Source of the DNA: Candidatus Bathyarchaeia archaeon
Lineage (GTDB): Archaea > Thermoproteota > Bathyarchaeia > Bathyarchaeales > Bathycorpusculaceae
Assembly (NCBI GenBank): GCA_038883855.1
Contig: JAVZLH010000004.1
Span: 1-64,000 of the forward strand
Direction: 5' to 3'
Length of the DNA: 64,000 bases
Within the stretch, counting starts at the first letter, position 1; the number at the start of each line of letters is the position of its first letter. The notes under the pieces were generated by a model. That model was not told where the DNA came from and searched no databases. It saw only the letters and a program-made list of their open reading frames with translations. The translations under genes were made by a program, and so were the position numbers. Positions 27,470 to 37,455 of the stretch are shown here, piece after piece.

Positions 27470-28771
27470 GACAAAAATCAAAACGATGTCTTTGATCGTC
27501 CTGTCGTTGTGAAATTCGGTGGGAGTAGTCTTGCAAACGGCGAAAAAATAGCTGATGCTGTCAAAGCCGTTGTGAAAGAAGCGCATAGAGGAGTAAAAAT
27601 TGTTGTTGTCGTTTCAGCCATGGGGAAAACTACAGATCTTCTGCTTGAGGTTGCCAGCGAAATCGTAAACTGCAATGGCGGCGCCGCGTTAAACAGTGAT
27701 GTTGACGATATTTTGGCTATGGGAGAGAGAACCAGCGCGAGAATCTTTTCAGCGGCCCTAAAAGCAAAGGGTGTAAAATGCCGCTATTTTGACCCGGCAG
27801 ATCCGGACTGGCCCATAATCACTAATGATAAAGCTACCAACGCTGACCCTATTCTTTCAGAGTGCGAAGCCCGCATAATGAATTATGTTGCTCCTCTGCT
27901 TAAAGAAGGAACCGTCGCAGTCATCCCAGGTTTCATCGGTAAAACTTTAAATAACAAAATCACGACCATGGGAAGAGGCGGAAGTGACACGACAGCATTA
28001 ATAATAGCACATGCGCTCAAAGCAAAACAAGTTATCCTCGTAACCGACGTGGACGGCATAATGACCGCAGACCCTAAACTTGTCAAGTCTGCAAGAAAAA
28101 TACCGGAGATAGATGTAAACTCATTGATCGGGTTGGCGAGTTCAGGTAAGAAGTTCCTCCAAAGGAAAGCTTTGAGATACAAAGACGAGAATATAGACAT
28201 TAAAATTGTAAACCATAACCATTGCGATTTAAACGCGGAAGGCACAATCGTGAAGGGGTCTTTCACAAGCACCATCGCCAACTTAGATTTTCCAGAACCA
28301 GTAGCCTCAATAACTGTAGTGGGCAGAGCCTTATCCCAGTCGCCTGAACTTTTACATCAGATAATTCAGAAGGTCAAAAAAGCCGATGTTTCCCTTTTGG
28401 GAATGTCGGCCAACTATGATTCACTTATACTCTACTTACCAGAAAACATGTTTGACAAAATACTCGAACCGCTCCATTCAGTTGTCCTTGAAAACCCGGA
28501 AGCTTTAGCCATTGCCGTTAGAAAAAACTTGGCTCTGCTAAAGATTAAAACAGCAGAATTAGAAGAAACCCCGGGAATAATAAGCAGATCTGCCCAAGCC
28601 CTTAGCTCCAAAAACATTAATATTTATGGAATTTTCACAATAGCCTCTGGGATTCACATTTTTGTCGATATGACATCAGCTAAAGAAGCCTTAGCTTTAG
28701 TCAGAAAAAGCCTTGGAATAAACCGCTTAGAAAAAGACATAAAACGAGAGGGAGATATTGAAGATGACTAG
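27467..28771 (+). CDS. Aspartokinase, second copy (aromatic operon); start reassigned to GTG 27467
   Basis: VVVKFGGSS, VVSAMGKTTD, TMGRGGSDTT, DVDGIMTADP, ACT domains. The ORF-track start 27377 falls inside the leader peptide. Confidence 0.92.
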   Translation: MDKNQNDVFDRPVVVKFGGSSLANGEKIADAVKAVVKEAHRGVKIVVVVSAMGKTTDLLLEVASEIVNCNGGAALNSDVDDILAMGERTSARIFSAALKAKGVKCRYFDPADPDWPIITNDKATNADPILSECEARIMNYVAPLLKEGTVAVIPGFIGKTLNNKITTMGRGGSDTTALIIAHALKAKQVILVTDVDGIMTADPKLVKSARKIPEIDVNSLIGLASSGKKFLQRKALRYKDENIDIKIVNHNHCDLNAEGTIVKGSFTSTIANLDFPEPVASITVVGRALSQSPELLHQIIQKVKKADVSLLGMSANYDSLILYLPENMFDKILEPLHSVVLENPEALAIAVRKNLALLKIKTAELEETPGIISRSAQALSSKNINIYGIFTIASGIHIFVDMTSAKEALALVRKSLGINRLEKDIKREGDIEDD

Positions 28772-28835
28772 CAGAAAAGGAGGAAAAGGGAAGGATGTTT
28801 AGGATAATAAAGTCCTTAATTCTAGGTGAAGTATA

Positions 28836-29924
28836 ATGAGGGAGTTTTGGATTAAAATAGAAAAGGACCTTCCAAAGGAGTTAAAAGAGCAGATGATAAA
28901 GGGTACTAGCGATTTTTGCACGGCTTATGTTGTTGACGCAGCCGACGAGGCTTTAGCCAGAAGCCTAGGAGCAAAAACGCTGGTTTCCCAAAAGAGTGGC
29001 GACATAATACTCTTTGAATCTTCTCAGAAAGCTTCTAACGCAAAAATAAACAGAAAAAGGTGTATCCAAGCGAAAATACGTTCAGGAGAAGATGAGAGGA
29101 AAATTGTGAAGTTAGCCGAGGCTGGAATAGAATACATTTTAGCGAAATGCGAAGACTGGAAAATAATTCCGTTAGAAAACCTAATAGCCAGCACGAGAGG
29201 CAAAAGCAAACTTTTAGCGTCTATATCAAGCGCTGATGAAGCTGTCCTTGCACTGGAAGTGCTTGAAGTAGGTGTGGACGGCATTCTGGTGGAGTTGTCG
29301 GATGTTAATGAGATAAAGAAGATTTATGAAACTTGCAGAAAAGTAGACATTAAGTTTGCGGAGGAGGAAGGCATCGAAAAACTGCAGTTGTTTGAAGCGA
29401 AAGTGACTCAGATTAAGCCTTTGCGTTCTGGAGCGCGGACATGTATAGACACATGTGATTTGATGAAGGAAGGCGAAGGAATGCTGGTGGGCTGTCAATC
29501 TTCTGGTCTTTTCCTAATTCAAGCAGAGACAGCGGAAAACCCCTTCGTCGCTCCCAGACCTTTCAGAGTGAATGCTGGTGCAACAGCGCAGTATTTGCTT
29601 GCCAGCGGAGGCAACACAAAATACTTATCGGAGGTTAGGGCTGGCGACGAGGTTCTAATAGTTGATAAGGAAGGGAGAAGCAGAGTTGCTAATGTTTGCA
29701 GAACGAAGATTGAGTGGAGACCATTATTATTGATTGAGGCGGAACATGAAGGCAGAACTTTCAAGGCTATTGTGCAGAATGCTGAAACAATAAGGCTTGC
29801 GACGAAGGAAGGGTCAAAGTCTGTTAAAGATTTAACAAAGGGAGACACTGTGCTAATCCACATACAAGAGGGCGGAAGACACTTCGGCAAACTTGTCAAA
29901 GAAGAAAGAGTGATAGAACGGTGA
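28836..29924 (+). CDS. 3-dehydroquinate synthase II (AroB', DKFP/ADH pathway)
   Basis: DWKIIPLENLIA, LEVGVDG, RTCIDTC, RPFRVNAG, QNAETIRL, GRHFG. Confidence 0.95.
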   Translation: MREFWIKIEKDLPKELKEQMIKGTSDFCTAYVVDAADEALARSLGAKTLVSQKSGDIILFESSQKASNAKINRKRCIQAKIRSGEDERKIVKLAEAGIEYILAKCEDWKIIPLENLIASTRGKSKLLASISSADEAVLALEVLEVGVDGILVELSDVNEIKKIYETCRKVDIKFAEEEGIEKLQLFEAKVTQIKPLRSGARTCIDTCDLMKEGEGMLVGCQSSGLFLIQAETAENPFVAPRPFRVNAGATAQYLLASGGNTKYLSEVRAGDEVLIVDKEGRSRVANVCRTKIEWRPLLLIEAEHEGRTFKAIVQNAETIRLATKEGSKSVKDLTKGDTVLIHIQEGGRHFGKLVKEERVIER

Positions 29925-30610
29925 CCATCAAAGTCTGCGTTCCAATAGCCGCAGAAAAACCATCAGAAATCCCAGCGCTAATAGAAAAGGCGGAAAAAGC
30001 GGGAGCAAACCTCGCAGAAATAAGACTAGACTATCTGGAAGAGTTTAAGGGAGTAGAAAAGGCGGTTGAAGGCGCAAAAATTCCGCTAATAGCGACAAAT
30101 AGGCAATATGAACAGGGCGGGAAGCGTAAACAAGACGAAGGTGAAAGGGTGCAGAGGCTTTTAGAATTGACGGACAAAGGATTCTCCATGGTTGACGTTG
30201 AAATAACAACACCAAACCTAAAGTCTGTGGTAAAAAACTTGAAAAAGAAAGGCGTAGAAACCATAATATCTTTTCACGATTTTAACAAAACCCCAAATCT
30301 AGCAGAATTACGCAAAATTGCCGCTTCACAAATAAAAGCTGGAGCAGACATATGCAAAATAGTCACAAAAGCAAACGACATCAGCGACAACCTCACATGC
30401 CTATCTTTAGTTTCAGAAACTCATCGAAAAACCCGCATAGTGTGCTTTGCCATGGGAAACAATGGAATCCTCTCAAGAATCCTCTCGCCGATTTTCGGCG
30501 CCCACTTCACATACGCCTCGCTTGAAAGCGGAATGGAAACAGCTCCTGGACAGATAAGCATACAAAGGCTTAAAGAAATCTACAAATGTTTAGGTGTCGA
30601 GGAAATTTGA
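29921..30610 (+). CDS. aroD: Type I 3-dehydroquinate dehydratase
   Basis: EIRLD, IATNR, ISFHDF, KIV, FAMG, TAPGQ. Confidence 0.95.
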   Translation: MTIKVCVPIAAEKPSEIPALIEKAEKAGANLAEIRLDYLEEFKGVEKAVEGAKIPLIATNRQYEQGGKRKQDEGERVQRLLELTDKGFSMVDVEITTPNLKSVVKNLKKKGVETIISFHDFNKTPNLAELRKIAASQIKAGADICKIVTKANDISDNLTCLSLVSETHRKTRIVCFAMGNNGILSRILSPIFGAHFTYASLESGMETAPGQISIQRLKEIYKCLGVEEI

Positions 30611-31473
30611 AAATTTCCGGGAAAACCCAACTTTGCGCGTTGATAGGCGACCCAGTTGAGCATTCCCTAAGCCCATACATTCACAACGCTGCATTCAAAC
30701 ATCTAAAACTTGACTTTGTTTACGTGACTTTCAAAGTCTCAAAGGAAAACGTCAAAGAGGCATTGGAAGGCGCAAGAGCCTTAGGAATTAGGGGATTAAA
30801 CGTAACAATGCCACTAAAAACTGCGGTAATCCAGCACCTTGACAAACTTGACCCAAACGCAGAGAAAATAGGCGCAGTAAACACAATCCTCAACAACGAG
30901 GGAAAGTTAACTGGCTACAACACTGATGGATTTGGAGCCCTCGAAGCCCTAAAAGCAAAGAGACAAAACCCAGCGGGAAAGAACATTCTCGTTTTAGGAG
31001 CTGGTGGAGCTGCAAGAGCAGTTGCGTTTGCGCTATGCAAAGATGCAAAAGACATGACGATTCTTAATAGGACGCCAGAAAAGGCAAAAATCCTAGCAGA
31101 GGAACTGAGCAGAATTTTTGAAAAAAAGGTGAAGTTCGGCGGGTTAGGCGAGGAAACTTTAAGGCGAGAGGTGGAAAAGGCGGATATACTTGTGAATGCC
31201 ACAGCAGTTGGAATGGCGCCAAAAATAGATGAGACTCCCGTTGACATGAAACTTTTGCATTCAAACCTAACAGTCTTTGATTTGGTATACAACCCGCCAG
31301 AAACCCGACTTCTGAAAGAAGCTAAGGCCATGGGAGCAAAAACTGTGGATGGAATTTGTATGCTTGTTCACCAAGGGGCTTTATCCTTCCAAATATGGAC
31401 TGGCAGAAAGGCGCCAATTGACGTGATGACACGCGCCTGCAAAAGAGCCTTAAGAACTTTAAGAGGCGAGTAG
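30607..31473 (+). CDS. aroE: Shikimate dehydrogenase
   Basis: GDPVEHSLSP, NVTMPLK, GAVNT, NTDG, GAGGAARA; start TTG 30607. Confidence 0.97.
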   Translation: MKISGKTQLCALIGDPVEHSLSPYIHNAAFKHLKLDFVYVTFKVSKENVKEALEGARALGIRGLNVTMPLKTAVIQHLDKLDPNAEKIGAVNTILNNEGKLTGYNTDGFGALEALKAKRQNPAGKNILVLGAGGAARAVAFALCKDAKDMTILNRTPEKAKILAEELSRIFEKKVKFGGLGEETLRREVEKADILVNATAVGMAPKIDETPVDMKLLHSNLTVFDLVYNPPETRLLKEAKAMGAKTVDGICMLVHQGALSFQIWTGRKAPIDVMTRACKRALRTLRGE

Positions 31474-31476
31474 GCG

Positions 31477-32343
31477 ATGATTGGAAAAGCCATAGCCCAT
31501 GGAGCAGTAACAATAGTTAACGCAATCGCCTGCGGTTTCGGAGCAGCTTTAGGCGTGAAACTATGGACCAAAGCCACAGTAAAATTAACCGACAACCCAG
31601 GAAAGATTGAGGGGAGAATAATTTCTGACCCCAGTGAAAATCCAAGCTTAATGGTGGAGACTGTAAAACAGGTTTTGAACTATTTGAAACTGGAAAAGGT
31701 GTATGGTGCTTATGTGGAGACCGAATCCAACATACCAGTTGCAAGGGGGTTGAAAAGCAGCAGTGTAGCAGCCAACGCCGTAGCATTAGCCACCTTCGCA
31801 GCGTTAAAGAAGGAAGTTGACGATTTGACCGTTGTAAAATTGGGAGTGAAAGCCGCCATAAACGCTAAAGTCACGATAACAGGAGCTTTTGACGATGCAT
31901 GCGCATCTTACTTTGGAAACATAGCCGTGACAGATAACAAAGCCATGAAAATAATGAAGTTCTCTGAGGTTGAAGGCGAATACGAGGTTTTGATTCACGT
32001 TCCACAAGAGAAACGGTACACTGCAAGCATCAACGTTAAAGAAACAAAGGCAATAGCCAGAGAAGTGAAGGCAATTCACAGACTAGTCCTTAATGGAGAT
32101 TACTGGACTGCAATGACCCTTAATGGCTTGGCGTATTCCGCAGTTTTTGGCTACGACCCAAAAATAGCCTTAGAAGCTCTTGTGAATGGGGCGGTGGCTG
32201 CTGGCTTGTCTGGAACCGGACCCGCAGTAGCTGCCATAGTTCCAAAAGAAAGTGCTGGCAAAGTTGCTGAAGCATGGCGGAAACATGGCGGAACGATAAT
32301 TAAAACGGAGATTAACCGTGAAAAGGCGCATGTTTTGAGGTGA
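31477..32343 (+). CDS. aroK: Archaeal (GHMP-type) shikimate kinase
   Basis: GAVTIVNAIA, GLKSSS, TITGAFDDA, LSGTGPA. Confidence 0.95.
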   Translation: MIGKAIAHGAVTIVNAIACGFGAALGVKLWTKATVKLTDNPGKIEGRIISDPSENPSLMVETVKQVLNYLKLEKVYGAYVETESNIPVARGLKSSSVAANAVALATFAALKKEVDDLTVVKLGVKAAINAKVTITGAFDDACASYFGNIAVTDNKAMKIMKFSEVEGEYEVLIHVPQEKRYTASINVKETKAIAREVKAIHRLVLNGDYWTAMTLNGLAYSAVFGYDPKIALEALVNGAVAAGLSGTGPAVAAIVPKESAGKVAEAWRKHGGTIIKTEINREKAHVLR

Positions 32344-32347
32344 AAGT

Positions 32348-33646
32348 TTGGCGACGCTAACTGTGAAGAAAACTGAAAGGCTGGAAGGGACTGTAAGGGC
32401 TCCGCCTTCAAAGGCTTACACTCATAGGGCTGTTATAGCAGCTTCGCTTTCTAAAGGAAAATCGGTGATAAAGTATCCATTGAGGTGCAGCGATACAGAA
32501 GCCACGATTAAGGCGTGTTCAATGTTGGGCGCCAAAATAAAATGGAGCGAGAAAGAAAAAGCGTTAACTGTTGAGGGATTTTCAAAGCCCAAAACCCCAG
32601 ACAACATCATTGACTGTCGAGGTTCAGGCTCAACAATAAGGTTTCTAGCCTCTGTTTGCGCTTTGGCTGAGGGTGCATCTGTTTTAACCGGAAACAAAAG
32701 CTTGAGAAGGAGACCTATGCAACCTTTAATTGACGCTTTAAACCAGCTTGGAACACACTGTTTTAGCGCTAGAAATGATGGGAAACCGCCGATAATTGTT
32801 CTCGGCGGAGGGGTTAAGGGCGGTGAAGCCTCGCTTGTTGGGAATGTAAGTTCACAGTTCATCTCCAGCCTTCTTTTTGCTGCTCCAAAGGCTGAAAAGG
32901 AGACTAGGATAGAGGTTAATACGCCTCTTGAATCCAAATCTTACGTGGAAATGACGTTGAACACGCTTAAAGCACACAAAATAAAAGTTGAATACTCTCA
33001 GAGTTTTGACTGCTTCAGCGTGCCATGCAATCAAGAGTATATGCCTACAAGCCACGTTATAGAGGGCGATTACTCGTCAGCCGCCTTTCTTCTGGCAGCT
33101 GCAAGCATAACAAACTCTAAAGTTATGGTAACAGGCTTGAAAAAAGAGACTCTTCAAGGCGACAAAATAATAGTGGACATCATTAGGAGGATGGGCGTAG
33201 CCGTAAGCTCAGCTGAAGATGGCATAGAAGTTTCTGGAAGCGGCGAAGCGCTTAAGCCAATTAATGTTGATTTGAGGGATTCGCCCGATTTAGTTCCCAT
33301 ATGCGCTGTGTTGGCATGTTTTGCTAAGGGAGAAAGCGTCATTAGTGGAGTTGAAAGGCTGCGTTTTAAAGAGTCTGATAGGCTTGTGGCGTTGGCTTCT
33401 GAATTGGGTAAGATGGGAGCGAAAATTACGGTGAGCGAAAACTCTATGGTAATTGAGGGTGGCGCAAAGCTTCGAGGCGCTCATGTGTTTTCTCACAGAG
33501 ACCATAGGATAGCTATGGCTTGTGTTGTTGCAGCTTTAGGCGCTGAAGGCGAAATAGTTATTCACGGAATAGAATGTATTAAAAAGTCGTATCCAAACTT
33601 TGTTGAAGACTTAAAGAGTTTAGGGGGAAAGTTGTTTGTCTGGTAA
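32348..33646 (+). CDS. aroA: 3-phosphoshikimate 1-carboxyvinyltransferase (EPSP synthase)
   Basis: PPSKAYTHR, RRPM, SSQFISS, GDYSSA, KESDR, DHRIAM. Confidence 0.98.
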   Translation: MATLTVKKTERLEGTVRAPPSKAYTHRAVIAASLSKGKSVIKYPLRCSDTEATIKACSMLGAKIKWSEKEKALTVEGFSKPKTPDNIIDCRGSGSTIRFLASVCALAEGASVLTGNKSLRRRPMQPLIDALNQLGTHCFSARNDGKPPIIVLGGGVKGGEASLVGNVSSQFISSLLFAAPKAEKETRIEVNTPLESKSYVEMTLNTLKAHKIKVEYSQSFDCFSVPCNQEYMPTSHVIEGDYSSAAFLLAAASITNSKVMVTGLKKETLQGDKIIVDIIRRMGVAVSSAEDGIEVSGSGEALKPINVDLRDSPDLVPICAVLACFAKGESVISGVERLRFKESDRLVALASELGKMGAKITVSENSMVIEGGAKLRGAHVFSHRDHRIAMACVVAALGAEGEIVIHGIECIKKSYPNFVEDLKSLGGKLFVW

Positions 33647-34748
33647 CTCTTTCGGAAAAGCCTTTGTAATTACGTGTTTCGGAGAAAGCCATGGAAAATG
33701 CGTGGGAGTAGTAATTGACGGGTGTCCAGCGGGGTTACCGCTTTCCGAAAAAGACATTCAAACAGAACTGGACAAGAGAAGACCAGGCGCATCCAGAATT
33801 AGCACACCCAGAGCAGAGGAAGACAAAGCCGAAATCCTCTCCGGAGTTTTTGGCGGATACACGACTGGTGCACCCATATGTATTGTTGTTTGGAACAAGG
33901 ATGTGGATTCTGAACCCTACGAAAGGTTGAGGAGTAAGCTTAGACCCGGACATGCGGATTACGCTGCCCATCTCAGATACAGCGGGTTTAATGATTATAG
34001 GGGTGGTGGGCGTTTTTCTGGGCGCATAACCGCCGCGTATGTTATGGCTGGAGCGGTAGCCAAAAAACTATTGGAAACTGTTGGTGTGGAGGTTTTGGCG
34101 CACACTGTTCAAATAGGTTCAATAGAAGTTTCAAAGAAGATTTCATACGATGAAATTAGGAAGAACGTTTACGGGAATGATGTTAGATGCGCAGACCCGC
34201 AAGCGGCTGCTCTAATGGAGAAAGAAATTTTGAAAGTTAAAAGCGAAGGGGACAGCCTAGGCGGAGTGGTTGAGTGCATAGCGCTCAATTATCCCGCTGG
34301 TGTGGGCGACCCCATATTTGATTCTTTGGATGCAGACATAGCGAAAATAATGTTTGACATTCCCGGCGTGAAGGGCGTTGAAATCGGTGCTGGTTTTAAC
34401 GCGGCATCTATGAAAGGCTCAGAAAACAACGATGCATTTCGAATAAGAAATGGCAAGATAGTTACGGAAACTAATAATTGTGGTGGGATTTTGGGCGGCT
34501 TGTCTAACGGCATGCCTATAGTGGCTAGAGTAGCGTTTAAGCCAACCTCTTCAATTCTTAAAAGGCAGAGAACTGTGGATATTGAACGTATGGAAGAGGT
34601 TGAGTTGAAGCTTTCTGGAAGGCATGACCCTTGCATTGTGCCCAGAGCGGTTCCAGTTGTTGAATCCTGCATGGCTGTAGTGCTGGTTGACCATGCCATT
34701 AGGCTTGGAAAAATTTCGCCAACGAGCATTTCCTCTCCAAAAGTTTGA
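33636..34748 (+). CDS. aroC: Chorismate synthase
   Basis: FGESHG, RPGHAD, RGGGRFSGR, GGILGG, GRHDPC. Confidence 0.98.
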   Translation: MSGNSFGKAFVITCFGESHGKCVGVVIDGCPAGLPLSEKDIQTELDKRRPGASRISTPRAEEDKAEILSGVFGGYTTGAPICIVVWNKDVDSEPYERLRSKLRPGHADYAAHLRYSGFNDYRGGGRFSGRITAAYVMAGAVAKKLLETVGVEVLAHTVQIGSIEVSKKISYDEIRKNVYGNDVRCADPQAAALMEKEILKVKSEGDSLGGVVECIALNYPAGVGDPIFDSLDADIAKIMFDIPGVKGVEIGAGFNAASMKGSENNDAFRIRNGKIVTETNNCGGILGGLSNGMPIVARVAFKPTSSILKRQRTVDIERMEEVELKLSGRHDPCIVPRAVPVVESCMAVVLVDHAIRLGKISPTSISSPKV

Positions 34749-34820
34749 CGAGAGAAAGTTTAAAACTTTTTAATATTAGGTTGTGCTTTTAGGGTTTGTG
34801 ACAGGGGGCTGTGTAACATA

Positions 34821-35303
34821 ATGGGTGGTAAGGTTGTTGTATTGATGGCTTCGGAGAAGGATTTGGATTTTTGCCGTGAAATAGCCAAGCACTTGAAGGT
34901 TTTTGGGTTGGATTTTGTTTTTCGTGTGGCTTCTGCCCATAAAACTCCGGAGAAGGTTTTGGAGATTCTGCGGGAGTTTGAAGAGGAAAACGTTGTTTAC
35001 ATAACTGTTGCTGGAAAGTCTAATGCTTTAAGCGCTTTTGTTGACGCGAACACGGCGAAGCCTGTTATTGCTTGTCCGCCTTATTCTGAAAAGTTTGGTG
35101 GAGCAGACATCTACTCTTCGTTAAGGGTTCCGAGCGGGATAGGCGTGGTTGTGACTGTTGAGCCTGAAGGCGCTGCTGTGGCTGCTGCGAAGATTTTTGC
35201 TGTTGAAGATAAGGCGTTGGCGAAGCGTGTTAAGGAATATCAATTAGCAAAGAAAAAAGAGATTGAGAAGGCTGATGAGAGTATTAGGAAATTGAGTGTA
35301 TAG
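34821..35303 (+). CDS. purE: AIR carboxylase/N5-CAIR mutase
   Basis: RVASAHKTP, AGKSNALS, PVIACPP, SSLRVPSG. Confidence 0.93.
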   Translation: MGGKVVVLMASEKDLDFCREIAKHLKVFGLDFVFRVASAHKTPEKVLEILREFEEENVVYITVAGKSNALSAFVDANTAKPVIACPPYSEKFGGADIYSSLRVPSGIGVVVTVEPEGAAVAAAKIFAVEDKALAKRVKEYQLAKKKEIEKADESIRKLSV

Positions 35304-35305
35304 TC

Positions 35306-36358
35306 ATGGGAAGTGTCAAAGACCTAGAAGTGATTAAGAAGCCTACTCGCACCAAAATGGGCGTTGGACGCTTTCATTTTTCCGACCGTTACTCAGTTTT
35401 TGACTGGGGTGAGATGCCAGACCACATTGAAGGGAAAGGCGCAGCCCTATGCCTTATGGGCGCTTACTGTTTTGAGAGGCTTGAGGAGAAAGGGATTAGA
35501 ACGCATTATCGCGGGCTGGTTGATGTAAATGGTAAAGTTGTGCGTTTTGACGAGTTAAAACAAGCCACTAATGTTATGGAGATTAACCTTGTCAACGTGT
35601 ATAAGCCTAAGGCACATGTGGAGGATGGCAAACTCGTTTATGATTACAGCGTTTACACGCCGAAACTGAGGAACTTCCTAATCCCGCTTGAAATAATTTA
35701 CCGTAACGGCCTGCCAGAAGGCTCTTCGGTTTTTAAGCGGCTTGAGCAGGGATTGGTGACGCTTGAAGAGTTGGGGTTAGACCATTATCCGCGGGCTGGC
35801 GAAAGATTGGCTAAGCCCATTTTTGATGTAAGCACGAAGCTTGAGATGGGAGACCGTTATGTGAGCTGGAAAGAAGCGCAACAAATTGCTGGTTTGACCG
35901 ACGGCGAACTGGAAGAGGTTAAAAGAATGCTTCTGAAAGTTAATGAGACGATTACTGAAATAGCCGCTAAGGCGGATTTGGTTAACGAGGATGGGAAGAT
36001 TGAGTTGGCTTTTGACCCGCAGAAAAGGCTTATGGTTGTTGATGTTGTGGGCACGTTGGACGAGTGCAGATTCACTTATAACGGGTTGCATGTGAGCAAA
36101 GAAATAGCACGCATATACTATAGAAAAACGGAGTGGGCTAAGGAAGTAGAAGAGGCGAAGAAGAAAGCGAAAGAACAAGGCGTAGAAGACTGGAAGAAAC
36201 TAGTGAAAACGAAGCCTCCAAAGCTAGACCCAAAATTAAAAACATTAATAAGCCAAATGTACATGGCAACAGCAAATGAAATGACAAACCGCAAACTATT
36301 TGACGTGCCAAACCTTGCAGAAATCATGGAGAAGTATAGGAGCATGAAAGCTGAATGA
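35306..36358 (+). CDS. purC: SAICAR synthetase (long form)
   Basis: MGSVKD, FSDRYSVFDWG, STKLE, DGKIE, GTLDECRF. Confidence 0.93.
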   Translation: MGSVKDLEVIKKPTRTKMGVGRFHFSDRYSVFDWGEMPDHIEGKGAALCLMGAYCFERLEEKGIRTHYRGLVDVNGKVVRFDELKQATNVMEINLVNVYKPKAHVEDGKLVYDYSVYTPKLRNFLIPLEIIYRNGLPEGSSVFKRLEQGLVTLEELGLDHYPRAGERLAKPIFDVSTKLEMGDRYVSWKEAQQIAGLTDGELEEVKRMLLKVNETITEIAAKADLVNEDGKIELAFDPQKRLMVVDVVGTLDECRFTYNGLHVSKEIARIYYRKTEWAKEVEEAKKKAKEQGVEDWKKLVKTKPPKLDPKLKTLISQMYMATANEMTNRKLFDVPNLAEIMEKYRSMKAE

Positions 36359-37455
36359 TTGGCAAAAACACTGTTAGAAAGATAATAGCGGAGTATGATG
36401 TAAAAAACATTAGAGTAGGCGTCCTAGGTTCGCATTCTGCACTTGAAATTGCACATGGTGCGAAAGAAGAGGGCTTTGAAACGGTAGTAGTTTGCCAAAA
36501 AGGACGCGAGAAAACCTATACCCAACATTACCGCAACCTTTTCAACCATGCGCTCTTGCTGGACAGATTCATCGACATCATGCAAGTTGAAATTCTTGAA
36601 AAACTAAGAGCCCTAAACACAATCTTCGTGCCCAACCGCTCCTTTTCAGTTTATGTTGGTTACGAAAACATCGAGAAACGTTTCACCGTGCCCATCATGG
36701 GAAACCGTTTTATGCTCAAAACCGAAGAACGCAACGTTCCCAGAAACCAGTATTACTTACTGCAAAAGGCGGGAATAACCACACCTAAAATTTTCAAGCG
36801 TTACACCGAAATAGACCGCTTAGCTATAGTAAAAGTTCCGGAAAAAGAGCGCAATATTGAAAGAGCCTTCTTCTATGCCTCTTCCCCAGAAGAATTTAAG
36901 AAGAAGGCGGAAGAACGCATCAGCAAGGGCATAATAAGTAGAGAAGCCCTTGAAAAAGCCGTGATAGAAGAGTATGTTATCGGAGCGAAATTTAATGCAA
37001 ACTTTTTCTGGTCGCCTTTAACAGATGAAATAGACCTTTTAGGATTTGACAGAAGAATACAGACGGATCTAGACGGAATTTTAGACTTACCAGCAGCAGA
37101 ACAGTTGGAACTGAGAATAGCTACACAAAACATTGAAATAGGACACATAGGCGTAACCATGCGAGAAAGTCAGCTAGAAAAAATATTTGAAGCTGGAGAA
37201 CGCTTCGTCGAAACATGCAAGAAGGAGTATCCCCCGGGAATTATTGGATTGTTTGCACTGCAAGGCGCCGTTACAAAAGACTTAGAATTTTATGTTTTTG
37301 ACGTCAGTCCCCGTGTTCCAGGATGCCCATGTGTAGAGCCCACATCACCATACATGAAATACAAGTACGGTGTGGAAGTAGGTCCCGGAAGAAGGATTGC
37401 AATGGAAATAAAGCGGGCTGTTAGAGAGGATAGGCTTGAGGACATTGTAACATGA
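36355..37455 (+). CDS. purP: PurP-family ATP-grasp ligase (FAICAR synthetase-like), paralog 1
   Basis: LGSHSAL...GAKEEGF, PNRSF, GFDRRIQT, TMRES, FDVSPRVPG. Confidence 0.85.
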   Translation: MIGKNTVRKIIAEYDVKNIRVGVLGSHSALEIAHGAKEEGFETVVVCQKGREKTYTQHYRNLFNHALLLDRFIDIMQVEILEKLRALNTIFVPNRSFSVYVGYENIEKRFTVPIMGNRFMLKTEERNVPRNQYYLLQKAGITTPKIFKRYTEIDRLAIVKVPEKERNIERAFFYASSPEEFKKKAEERISKGIISREALEKAVIEEYVIGAKFNANFFWSPLTDEIDLLGFDRRIQTDLDGILDLPAAEQLELRIATQNIEIGHIGVTMRESQLEKIFEAGERFVETCKKEYPPGIIGLFALQGAVTKDLEFYVFDVSPRVPGCPCVEPTSPYMKYKYGVEVGPGRRIAMEIKRAVREDRLEDIVT

